DNA of 64,000 nucleotides, from assembly GCF_018350175.1 (NCBI RefSeq), contig NC_058368.1, positions 76,508,001-76,572,000 of the forward strand, given 5' to 3'. The notes below the pieces were generated by a model, which worked only from the letters and a program-made list of their open reading frames with translations, was not told the origin of the DNA and made no database searches. The DNA is from Felis catus. Its lineage: Eukaryota. Position numbers and translations under genes: made by a program. Positions 37,343-49,600 of this stretch are shown here, piece by piece (position 1 is the stretch's first letter; each line of letters starts with the position of its first letter).

Positions 37343-38057
37343 TGGGGCCCTGTTGCAAACACATGAATGCACCACAGAGATTTCGATATGCTCCCCTTTT
37401 GACTTGTTAATTCAGCTAATATTTGTTTAGCATCTTCTATAACCCAGGCTCTGCCCTCTGCGCGGGAGGAAGTCCCCGGCAGAAATGGGACCTTTTTCTC
37501 ATCAGAGACGAGCGGCACAGAATCAGGAGGACTCGTCAGGAGGTGGAGTCCCGTAAGCACCAGTCACTTTGACTTCAGTGTTTCTTGGCCAATGGTTCAA
37601 CCTCTCTGAAACTTATCTTCCTAGAAGAAGGCTGGCTTCCTGCGAGATCCTGGGTAAGTCATTTAAACGCTCTGCATTTTAGTTTTCTGTCTCTAGAGCC
37701 AAGCCATTGACTTGTGAGAAAACGTTTACATGTGGACAATAGAATGTTGTTTGCCAAATGCTTTTTTTTTATACCAGGGAATCAGGCTGCATCACCGTCT
37801 CTAACACGCAACAGCTAAATCATCAACAGGCCCCAAATGCATGAAGACAGTAAAATCACAGCTTCCCCGGGCGGAGGTGTTACTTCATCATCTTGGTAGA
37901 AGCTGTAATGCTTTCTCCTAGGGTCTGTCACACTTGCATTTCCATGTGTGGGGGAGGGGGAGTTCTGAACACTCACCTACTGTCTTATTCTTACGTGTAC
38001 AGCCAGGGAAGGAGCTATATTTCAATTGGCTCTAGGAGAATTAAGAAGATTAAGACC

Positions 38058-38265
38058 GGGGCACCCGGATGGCTCAGTCGGTTGAGAGTCTGATTCTCGG
38101 TTTCGGCTCAGGTCATGATCTCAGGGTCGTGGGTTCAAGCCCTGCCTCGGGCTCTGCGCTGACAGTGCGGAGGCTGCTTGGGATTCTCTCTTCCTCTTTC
38201 TCTCTCTCTCTGCCCCTCCCCTTTTCATGCTCTCGCTCTCTCAAAATTAAAAACAACAAAAAAAA
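38058..38265 (+). mobile_element. Can-SINE (Fc3-like)
   Basis: TSD aaga(t/c)taagacc. Confidence 0.93.
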
Positions 38266-38926
38266 GACTAAGACCATCGAGTACTCGGAAGAATTTATGG
38301 AAACAGAATCCCCCATTGGATTTGGGAGGATTATAGATGTCACAACGACTTTGGGGTGACAAGTGGAAACGTGCGTGTCCCAGTGCAATCCCATGTCTGG
38401 GGAGACCCTCATATGCGCATGGAGAGGCAAATCCAAGGATGCTTGCAATGGCATGACTGGGATAAAAAGGGAATAGCCCAAATCAGAATCGAACCTTCAG
38501 ACGAGAAGGGGACTGTCTGGGTAAAGCGTGGTAGGCGCACACAATGCATTAGGCACGATGGTTAAACTTGATGCAGTCCGTGACTGTATGCATGTCTCAT
38601 CGCAGCACGCGATGGCCATGAAGAAAGCGTCAGGCTGACCCATAAAATAGGACAGGGACACAGGAAAAGCAATCGATAGGGGGGAAAGATATTGGAAGGA
38701 TTCTCACCTGACTCAAGCTGGCTGTTGTTTTGGTTCTGAAGAGGGATACAGACTGAGGAGATGGGGTCAAGGTGGTCAAAGAGGTGCTGAGGTTATGTCT
38801 ACAGGATGCACTGTCTTTCTTTTCGCTCCCTTCTTCTTAAGAGAATTAATGCATACTTTCTTTTTACTTTTTGTTGCCCATCTCCTCCCCATACCAAGAA
38901 AATTAACACCTACCTTTCCTGTGTGA

Positions 38927-39140
38927 TTTTTTTTTTAAACAATTGTTTTTATTTATTTTTGAGAGACAGAGCACAAGAAGGGGAGGGGCAGAGAGAGAGA
39001 GGGAAGCCACAGAATCAGAAGCAGGCTCCAGGCTCCGAGCTGTCAGCACAGAGCCTGACGCAGGGCTCGAACCCACGAACCGGGGGATCATGACCTGAGC
39101 CAAAGTCGGATGCTTAACCGACTGAGCCACCCGGGCGCCC
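38927..39140 (-). mobile_element. Can-SINE (Fc2-like)
   Basis: TSD ttcctgtgtgattttt. Confidence 0.95.
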
Positions 39141-39172
39141 TTCCTGTGTGATTTTTAAATAATATAGATAGA

Positions 39173-39377
39173 GGGGCACCCGGGTGGCTCAGTCGGTTAA
39201 GCATCTGACTCTTAATTTTGGCTCAAGTCCTGATCTCATGATTCGGGAGTTCGCGCCCGCGTCGGGCTCTGTGCTGACAGTACAGAGCCTGCTTGGGATT
39301 CTGTCTCTCTCTGCCCCTCCCTCTCATGCGTATGCAGGCTCTCTCTCGAAATAAATACACTTTAAAAAATTAAAAAA
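39173..39377 (+). mobile_element. Can-SINE
   Basis: TSD aatatagataga. Confidence 0.93.
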
Positions 39378-41163
39378 TATAGATAGATAGCAAAAAAGAC
39401 ATAGGCAGCAAATAACACAAAATACTAGCAGTCTTCAATGTGGATATTTTATCCTGAATTTTTAAATTTTCTTCAAATGAGAAAAAGTGAATTCTAGAAG
39501 GAGGCTACCAGTGTTTTCATTTCTCACATTCACACAGGCACGCACACCACAGAGCCCTCCACCGTTCGTTAGCTGTGAGATTCGGAGCACATCACTTAAC
39601 CTCTCAAGACCTGAGGAGTCTCCCGGGGGGGGGGGGGGAGGGGGGGAGACGGGGACGGGGAATGACACCTGACCCCACTGAGAGCCCAGGGCTGCACCAG
39701 ATGGTCTCTGAGATGCTTTAGTTCTTAACACGGCCAGGTCAGCTCCGCCTGCCTCCCCGGAGACAAAAGTCACAGATCTCACTGCTCCTCCCCTACCTTC
39801 AGGTGCCACTGGACTCCTTTGCAGCCTGTCCCCTGCATCCGAGAGGGACAAGTGTAGTCCTCGTCCAAGCTGGCTCCGTGGCTCCTGCAGAGACCCCAAG
39901 GGAAGCTTTGCATGAGGACAGGGTGTGGCAGCAAGCTGGGGAGGCCTCGGGAAGTGGACAGAGACAGAGGGGAGTGAGCACCGGGGAGGGGGGGGGACCA
40001 GGGAGAGGGAAGGTTGAGGACACAGGACCAGCCTGGGGCGAGCAGAAGTGCAGACATCAGGAAGTGTCAGGGACAGGCCAGAAAAAACACAGCATTCTAG
40101 GCTGACTTTCCAGCAAGCACGTCATCTGGGTATGAACTTGACGGATGGCCCAGAAAGGACCCTGACTTCTCATGTCAGAGCAGAAGAGATAAGGACTGTC
40201 CAAAAGGCACAGCTCTCTGCTTACTGGCACGGATCCTCACAGACGCAAACAGCCACCCGCTGCGCGTGTCTCGACGCGGTGGTGTTACCCGCTCACCAGG
40301 TGAACACGAACCCATCTGGGAGGCGTCACGTGTGAAGAGGCCTACCCAGGTGCCCACGCCAGGGTTCCATGCCAACTGAGCAATTTGTTCCTCCAGGTCT
40401 CATGAACAGCTCTGGATTGTTTTCCTGGGCGGGGGCCGGGGGGAGACAGAATTATCTTTTTCCGTTGCAAGTTACCTAAATCCCCCGTTCGTACGAAAAT
40501 GAAAAATTGCAATTTCTTAGAGCACCAGCCTGCCCCCACCCCACCCACACAAGCGTGTGGGTCGCAATGGCTGTTAGGTTAGGATGCATTTCTGATCACC
40601 TAGAAGGAACTATTAGCCTAAGTGAATATCCAAAGAGGTGTTTCTCAGCCGGTCCCACCAAGCTCTCTTTAGCAGCCAACAGTATGCGGATAGTACATTG
40701 TCACAGTAAGAACTAGACAGGAGTTATTTCAACAAATCCCAGGTGACTGGCCTCCAGTCAGTTTTAAGTGGGAATTCACAAACATGGGAACTTAGCTCTG
40801 TGGATGGACTTTTCTACACTGGTTTAAAATCCTTTCACCAGATGTAGGTTTCAACTACACGTAGATATACCGTGTTCATATATATAATTTTTCCCTGAGT
40901 TCTCAAATTCCATCATAAAAATGGGCAGAGTGATACAGACAGTGCTTCTCTATTCGGAATTTAATATGTAAGATAGAGGGCTTTTTTTTTTTTTTCTTTC
41001 TGGAAAAATGTGGATCCACATTGTTCCAACAGTTGGAAAATTATTCCTCTCGTGCCAAACCTATAATAGAGCAATAAAATGTTTAGCAGTTGGGTGGAGC
41101 TCCCCAGATTCCAGAAGTCTGTGAAATGCAGAGGCCCCCAAGTTTAAAAAATAAAATGTCTGT

Positions 41164-41295
41164 NNNNNNNNNNNNNNNNNNNNNNNNNNNNNNNNNNNNN
41201 NNNNNNNNNNNNNNNNNNNNNNNNNNNNNNNNNNNNNNNNNNNNNNNNNNNNNNNNNNNNNNNNNNNNNNNNNNNNNNNNNNNNNNNNNNNNNNN
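41164..41295. other. Assembly gap (132 N)
   Basis: Run of N. Confidence 1.
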
Positions 41296-41879
41296 TGAAC
41301 AGTCTTGCTGGTTCAAAGATATTTAATTCTATATTTTTTTTCTGAAAATGTAAATTAAGGGCTTTTAAGCATTAGTGACATGACAGGGTAGCTTTGGAAT
41401 CTTATACTAAATCAGCCTGTCGTACTTTCATTGCTATATTGGGCAAGGTAAAGAACAATGCTTTTTGCTCTTTGGAACACTCTAGCACTTTGAAAATACT
41501 GACAGAGTTATGTATTAGTTCTAAATGCTATTTGCTTAAGGTTTCTTTAAAAATGATAGGCTAACAAAAAACTTAGCGCAAAAAGACCTGTGACACGTTG
41601 ACAGCCTAACATGATTTAAATAAATCCCAAAATAAAGTTTGAAATGTAAATTCTGCTCTTTTTTTTCCCCCTAAAACTTCACATACACGAGGTAGGAAAT
41701 AAGTTGCCAGTGACATAAGCTACAATATCATAAATTCATCTCTGTCAAAAGAAGCTATAAATGCGTTTCTTTTTTATGGAAATATAATTGACATATAACA
41801 TTATATTAGATGTAATAGAAGATATATTTCTTGTAAGTTTCCTGCACTAAGATTGCTGGATCTTCTGATAATGCACATT

Positions 41880-42090
41880 GGGGCCCCTGGGTGGCTCAGT
41901 TGGCTGAATGTCCGACTTCGGCTCAGGTCATGATCCCGTGGTTCATGGGTTCGAGCCCCGCGTCGAGCTCTGTGCTGACAGCTCAGAGCCTGGTGCTTTG
42001 GATTCTGTGTCTCCCTCTCTCTCTGCCCCTCCCCCCACTCGCCCTCTGCCTCTCTCCCTCTCTCTCAAAAATAAATAAACATTTAAAAAA
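41880..42090 (+). mobile_element. Can-SINE (Fc2-like)
   Basis: Head, CT tract, A tail. Confidence 0.93.
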
Positions 42091-43339
42091 TTTTTAATTG
42101 TACACCAATGACCTTGTAAGATATCATCTTATCCTATCATCTATTGTAAGAGTAAATTGTATCACGCTACGATTCTGGTATTTATTACACATCTCTGTAG
42201 TATTCACATGCGTTAAATTTGCGTGTTCTTCTACTCTACATCCCTCTACGTTTCTTTGAAATTTGCTCGTCAACGTCACTGAAAAGTCAGTGCTAGGAGA
42301 CAGAGGAAGGGCAAATTATAGCATAGACTTTTCAATGTCAAATATGTTAAAAGGTCAGTACTTGAAAATACATAGTTTTGGGGGTAAAACAGCAACATGC
42401 AAGGATGCCAGTGAAAAAATTTTATAACCTCAGGTATCTTTAACTGGAATTACCGAAGGGTCAAAGAAAGAAACAAAGCAATACTTGTTTCTACACTGGA
42501 CTATCCCTGCTCCCTGCCTCCCGTTGGTTGTGAAGTAAAAAGGAAAGTTCACCCAAATTATTTTTAAAATTACGGAAAAGTACCGTCATTAGAGCTTGAA
42601 GAAGCAATTAAATTTCTTTTTTGATCCAAGAATCCCTTTCACTCAGAAGGTCTTTATTCTATGAATTCAATGAAAATGAATCCTTGGAAACTCATACTCT
42701 TTTTTTTTTTTTATTCTTTTGTAAACTTATTTTATGAAAGCACTAACTTGATAGTCCAGATCAGGCTGTCCTCTCCAAATGTCTGTGGAGTCAGACCTGA
42801 TGAGTAAATCTTCTCAACTCATTTTCTCCAAGAAAGCATTCCAGTCCCAATTCAAAAGGCCGTAGCATAACGTCCTGGCAAATCATTGCTACTTAGGCGG
42901 GTAATGAGTGCCTGTGCTCTGGCCCAGCCTGGTAAGAATAGTGCTTTCCACGCTTGCCAGTGTGGCCCTGGCTCCCGAGCCAGCAAATCTGTACAAACAA
43001 GCTACAGGCATCGTGTTTGCTCATTTTGAAGACACTAAATAATACTTGAAAGAACAAATATTAACACAGGATGGCCTTCCTTAAAAAAAGTGTTAAAATA
43101 GGCATGTAAGCCAAAAGTCATGTAAAATAAAGGAAGCATCGAAGTCAGCGGAATTGGGGACACAGGCTGTTTGAAAACCAAGTACAGTGAGTTCCCTCAT
43201 TCTCATCATACACTACGATTAATTACAGATGAATTGGGAGTTTAACGTATGTGACGTATAAACAAAAACATAAAGAAGCTGGAAGACAGAATTTAGTTGT
43301 TTTTCTGACTTCTAATGCAGAGGAAGGAAACTTTCTAAG

Positions 43340-44090
43340 CACCAGGCTATGGTAGACATTGAAAACTTTCGATATTTTAAAGTAAACTCCAGATACAAAA
43401 AGAGATCACTAATGACATTAAAAGACAAGCCAGTGAGAGACTATATTCACAGTAAACGTACGTAAAATGGGTTAATAGCTTGAATTTATAAAGAACACTT
43501 CTCATTAAGGAGAGCACTAAGACCTCCAATGGAGAAAGAGGCTAAGTCACAAGCATGAAAGCTACAAGGCAGGAAATGCATAGGGCTGGTAAATCTATGT
43601 TAACAAAGGTTCAACTCACTAATAAGCAAATAAATGGGAATTAAATTGCAATAGACTTTTTATAGCTAGTAAATAAGCAGATTTTGGATAATAAATCTAG
43701 GTAACACTGGTGAGCATTTACTAAAATAAACGTTATGGCGTTATTGGTCTACATATTAGTAGAGTCCAAGTCAATTAATACCAGCTTGGTATGGCCTGCC
43801 CAGTCAGAAAGGATTGAGGCCACAGATGTGGAGAGGGTCCTAGAGTTCACCCTGTGCCTTGGGAAAGTCTGAGGGTTCCCGGGAAGGGACTGGATGGCCA
43901 GGGAGGAGGGACTCATATAGCAGCTATTTACGAACCAGCACATAGGTTGGCTGTACCAACGTGTGGTGACAGAAAATCGGTTCAAGTATTACTTTATTTA
44001 AATAAATGAATTGCAAAAACTAAAAAGAAAAAAAAATGATGAATTTATCCTTTGACCTAGTAATCCCAATGTTCTATCGCTCATTAAGAA
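43340..44090 (+). mobile_element. Old L1ME 3' fragments
   Basis: aaaagacaagccag...aaggttcaactcactaataagcaaataaat...cctttgacctagtaatccc. Confidence 0.55.
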
Positions 44091-44097
44091 AAGTTGA

Positions 44098-44247
44098 GGG
44101 GACGCCTGGGTGCCTCAGTCAGTGAAGCAACTGACTCTTGATATCAGCTCAGGTCATGAGATTGAGCCCCATGTCTGGCTCTGCACTGAGCGTAGAGCCT
44201 GCTTGGGATTCTCTCTCTGCCTTTTTCTCCATCCCTCCACCACTCAT

Positions 44248-44288
<41 letters not shown>

Positions 44289-44319
44289 ATAAATAAACTT
44301 TAAAAAAAAAAAGAAAAAA
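44098..44319 (+). mobile_element. Can-SINE (Fc3-like)
   Basis: Head, long (CT)n, A tail. Confidence 0.93.
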
Positions 44320-44359
44320 GTTCAGAACAATTTATGAACAGGTATTGATCATGAAATTA

Positions 44360-44570
44360 ATATCAACGTAACAATGATAGCTAAATGAATAACATGTTCA
44401 CTATATGCCAACCATTCTAGGCGATATAGATTATCTCATTTAATACAATCGTGACACCTAGCTTTTTATCATCATCCTCATTTTATAGATGAGGAAACCG
44501 TGGTATGAAACCTAGTGTGCACAAGGTCACACAGTTACTAAGTGAAAGAACCAGAATTCAAACTTTGCCC
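44360..44570. mobile_element. MIR relic
   Basis: cctcattttatagatgaggaaac...caaggtcacacag...ccagaattcaaac. Confidence 0.75.
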
Positions 44571-45959
44571 CCCCCCCCGTCTGCATTTACTCATTAGCAA
44601 TGTAGTTAAGAATGCAACTTTGTATGAATTAGCAGGCTTCGTAGCAGCTTCTTAAGCAAAAAATAATGATTAGCCTATCTAATTATATTTAGGTCACTTA
44701 TATTTTCATTTGCTAATGTTATCTCCTACTCCCTAACCAGCTATTCTCCATAAGATAACCTTATACTTTAGCTGCAAATCGTCGTGTGGTGAGGATTCAA
44801 ACGATCTGCCTGAAAGGACTCATTTCTCTTCATCCCCCCACAAAGTGGTAAGCGTGTTTCGATTAGAACTCATCATTAAAGCCATCGGGAACAACATTCC
44901 GCTCAAAGCAAAAGCGTAGGCATGCCTTGATTGGCCGGCCTCGCTGGGCCCCACTTGTGTTGGGCGCCTGGCCTCCCCAACCACCTGCTGCCGCTGGAGT
45001 CTGGGTTTGGAGCCAGAACCAAATCAAAAACACACTATCTCTGTCATTAGATTACATCATACAGCACAGTTCATGGTTTTACGAGACGGTAAGGTGTATC
45101 TTCACAAAAACCTTTCAGGAATGAACCATTTCTTTTTAAATCTCGGGGAAAAAAAATTATCTAAAAATAATTACTTTTTTGCCCTAAATTTTAAACCAAA
45201 GTTGCCCTCCACAATGGAAATCTTAATACCGGTTTTTCTAAACTTGTGTGATTATGGAAATTTGCAACCAACACGCCTCTTCAAGTGAATCCTACTTTAT
45301 TCTTTGCCTCCTCTATGGCTGTAGCCGCTAATCACGTACAACATAAAGAGATCCCCTGTGGGGAGTGGGTTCCAGGCTTAGCTTTCTGTGTAAAAAATGC
45401 AGTTCAACAAGAGTGCCTCATCTGAAATCCCTCATGGGAATTTCCCTCATGAGCACTATCTCGTCCCGCTAATACACCCTCGAGAAGATGATACCAGAAA
45501 CTCACGTCAGTCTCATTCTCCAGATTTTTACAGAAAGTTCTGCAGGCTGCTTGTGTATTTGGAGATGAAAAACCTCCGTGACACAAACTGGGCTTTTTTT
45601 TTTTCATCCTTTGAGCTGACGAGCTCTGGATTTGCTCCTGAGCAGAGCGGGAACCGTGTTTAAATGTGAAGCCAGGGAGAGAGAGCTCACCTCGCCTAAT
45701 CTCTGCCTCTTCCCATCTGCCTTCACTCAGCACCACCCAGAAGGTTTCCATGCCCCAAATCAAGCACTGAAGGCCAAGGGGGCCGGCAGGTGGGCAGAGT
45801 GAGCTCAGGCCCTACACCCGGTCTGTGCTGGGGCAGGGAGTTCAAGAACCAGGCGGGTCGTGTCTCTTCCCTCGAAGGCCAGGGTTGCACAAAAGGGGAT
45901 AAAGCTTAGCGATTTACTCTGTGGAGAGGCAAGGACAGTAGCCATGAGCAGAGCTGACA

Positions 45960-46170
45960 CTTGCTGACTGTTGACAGTGCATCAAACACGCAGTGCTCCG
46001 GGTTGACTGGTCTCCCACCAACCCTGTGAGGTGGGCCATCTCATTAGGTCCCTTGACAAATGAGGCGATGTAGGCAGAAGTCGCTAGGAAACATGCTCAG
46101 ATTGGAAAAGGACAGAAGCGAGGTTTAAACCCAGGCGTCCGGGGTCCAGAGCCCAGGTTCCTAACCGGTC
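45960..46170. mobile_element. MIR relic
   Basis: caaccctgtgaggtggg...acaaatgagg...gtttaaacccaggcgtc...ccagagccc. Confidence 0.65.
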
Positions 46171-46430
46171 AGGGAGTATGGGCTCTTACCAGGGAGTATC
46201 GGCTGCAGTGCCGACTGAGGAGCTCCGGCTCAGGGCGATTAAACTACATGATTCTTCAAGGGCATTCTGTTTCCTCCCAGGGAGGCTGATCGAGCCAAAA
46301 ATGCCCCTGTGTGCTTGCTGCTGCAAGAAATGGCTCATAGCAACATCCTGATGCGCCTCATAAGCAGGTTCAAAATCGGCTTTGCTTTATCCTAAATGCC
46401 CCTGTTTCTTGCACTAAAAGAGAAAATAAA

Positions 46431-46627
46431 GGGCACCTCGCTGTCTCAGTCGGTTAAGCATCCGACTTCGGCTCAGGTCATGATCTCCTGGTTTGTGAGT
46501 TCACGCCCACCTCGGGTTCTGTGCTGACAGGTGAAGAGCCTGCTTGCAATTCTCTCTCTCCTTGTCTCACCTGCCCCTCCCCCACTTGTTCCTTTTCCCT
46601 CTCTCTCTCTCTCTCTCAAAAATAAAT
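46431..46627 (+). mobile_element. Can-SINE
   Basis: Head, CT tract, aataaa. Confidence 0.9.
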
Positions 46628-49600
46628 GAGTTAACAAAGTTTTGGAGATGGTCCCAGAAAGAGAGAGCAGTCATAGATACAAGGGAGGGCGTGGCTTTCT
46701 CTCAGTGGCTCCATACGGTGCAAGAGTAGACCTCAAGAAGCCCAGAACCCACAGGAGAAAATGGTGGATGGCTGCCCAATGGGGGAGCCAAGCATCGTGA
46801 CCTTCCTGGAGGCCCCGGGGGAGTCACTGAAGATTTTCTCATTCAAAATATTCAGATTTGGTGTGGAGCAAGCACGCTGACGGTGGCAAGGACAAACAAA
46901 GACGGAGCAGTGAGATTGGAGACTGGGCGCTATCAGGACGCCAAGCAAGTAGAGGTCATTTTTGAACGAATGCGGGCCGAACAGAACGCAGGGTAACAAA
47001 TATTTCTCCCCCGCGCGGCAGGAAGTGAGAACCACTACCTGGATCCTAACCGTTGGTAACTTGAAGCGTTTGAATTCCACAAGTGTTTTCAGGTTCCCCC
47101 CTCACCCGCCGCCAACTCCCCCAAAGCAGGCTCTCACCCACGAAATGTGGTGCTGGAAAAACATCCACGGTGCTCCTATTCGGTCTTCCGAACCCTTTTT
47201 GAGCTCGGGCACCGGGATGTGGCAGCCTGCAAATCCCGCCAGAAACAAGTAGGCCAACTGTAATCGTTCTAAATGAGAAAGTTTCAAGGTGGCTTCCACA
47301 CGCGCAAAGGATAGCTTTTGTATGTGTCGTGATCCCTAGTACTCAAAGTCCACGCGGGGTTCTCAGCAGTGGGTAGAGGTCTGGGCTTCCAGATAGCCCT
47401 GGAATCTACTGCAGCCCAGTGTTTTCCTGTCCTTTAGGAGAGCAGACTGCAAACCGTTCATTGATGACAAGCACCAGAAATTTAGGTTGTTGGCCAGGAA
47501 TTTGTACTTGTTGCAATTTCAGAGACGCGGTGTTTTTCTGTACTTTCTGCCAGAGACTCATTTTTAATATCTTCCTACCAAAGAGGAAAAGACAAGAGAC
47601 CTGAAATAATAGATTCATGGGGAACTGCTCCGTCAGCAGCCACAACCCTTCCTACAATTCCTATCAGCAGATGGGCAGTGACCGATCTGTTTTCCCCCCT
47701 CCCAGACCAGCTCGAAAGGTGGTTCGTGCTCACTCCTTGTGGGGGTGCAGGTCTATGCTTCCCTTTGTGGGCACTGAGGTTTGGGGAGCAGATTTCATCT
47801 TTCCCCAAAAGATCGCCAGTAACTTTCGCCAAAGACTCCCACCTTCTGCCCACTTCAGAACATTCCCATCGTGCCCAGCAGGTAGAGTCCACAAATGTCT
47901 AATTTCCCCACCAAGAGCAAAAGTATTTGTATGATGCTGCCTTTAAGATTCTCATCTTTCCCGCGCTTGATCTTAATCCGGAAAACTGTAGATCATTTAG
48001 ACTACGAATTTCGACATAAAACCAGAGATGCAGCAAGTAAGAATTCGGCTTTTGCTTTATGCTTTTTTTGTCTTTCCGTTCGGAGACTTAAAACAACTTT
48101 ACAATTTTTATTAAATGAAAGCAATGTGATCACTTCAGAGGACGTAACAGAATAGACATCAAAGATACACACAAATAAGATACGGATTGCTGTCGTTGAG
48201 CGACATAAAAGTATGCGTACTTGCATTTGGATTTTGTTTTACATGCACAGGCTATATACGAAAGATTTGCTTATTCGAGTCAGATGTGGCTTTTGGCAAA
48301 CAACCCCTTCGTTTTAGGTGGCCCGTTTAAAACATTTTTTTTTTTTTTGAAAGCTTTCACCTTATCTGCTGATTCCATTTGCATAAGGGTCAACTGTGTT
48401 GTTTTACTTCTCGTAAAAACATTCCCAGTCCCTTACAACGCCTGAAGCCCCACTTTTCTAGAGATTTCGCACCTGTCTGCGAGGAGGGGGTTAAGCCTAC
48501 TGACTCAGAACACTGGATGGTGGGGGGAAAGGCACAGTGCCCCTCTTTGCAAAGTACAGTTGTATCCAGACGGTAATGAACCTGGGGGTGGGAATGAGTT
48601 CACGCTATGCTCTGGAAGCTTCTTCAACCTCTGGCGTCGTGGGCTACTCATCCCTAGAAGAGTGAAGTTTTGGAATAGCATCTTTGAAACATCCCGACAT
48701 GCCGGCCTACCCCCTTGGAACAGGTACCACCTCATTATCAAATTTCCAGAACCCTTGAAGCTTGCATTCCAAGGCAGTGAGGCCGAACCAGAGCTCTGCC
48801 ACAGCCGACAGCTTCCACGGGGACTAAAGATCAAAGCCAGGGGACACGGGCTAGGGCAGCAGGTGAACACGTTCCCCGGGGAACAGGGTGGGGGTGTTGC
48901 AGCAGACGAGGCCCGGAACCACCCTGCAGGCTGCCCAGCCAGAGTCAGAGAAAAACAGGTGTGGGCCGCAGGGTGGGATCAAAGGAGCGTTTGGGAATGG
49001 ATTTGATGGAATGCGTTGGCCCATTTGTCAGAGTCCCACCGTAGTGCCTCAAAGCCATGACTTAATTATCATTTGCCGGGAATACCTTATTAGGGACGTA
49101 GGAGGCAAATGGGAGAGTTCTTAATTGCACCTTGTCTAACTCGAACCCGGAGACCGCGCCTTGTCTCCCAGGCTGCATCTCCGAGATAACCCACCTGGGT
49201 TGACTCCATTTTCCAGCTGAATGCTGCTTGTGAGGCTCCTAAACCTTTCACATCAGAGGGAACGGGACAGGAGCCGGGAGAGGACCGATCTGTTGAATGA
49301 CGCCCCATCCTCCTGCCCATGTCTAAAAGAGAAAGGGTTACACAAGCAAAAAAACTGTGGGCTGTTTCATGTTTCAGTGAAAGGAGAGGAGACCCAAGAA
49401 TGCCACAGAGGACCCCGGGGTTCAAAATATTTAGAAACTTCCTTTACTCTCCAAACAAAACCAGAATGGCAAAGGGAGACGCAGAAATTCAAAACAGGCT
49501 TACGAGAGAATTGGCGGGCTCTGTGGCTCAACAAACTGGCGATTTGGGCTCAAACAAGCAACAACTGGTTCAGTTCCCGTCTTCTCGGAGGTGCCTGAGC

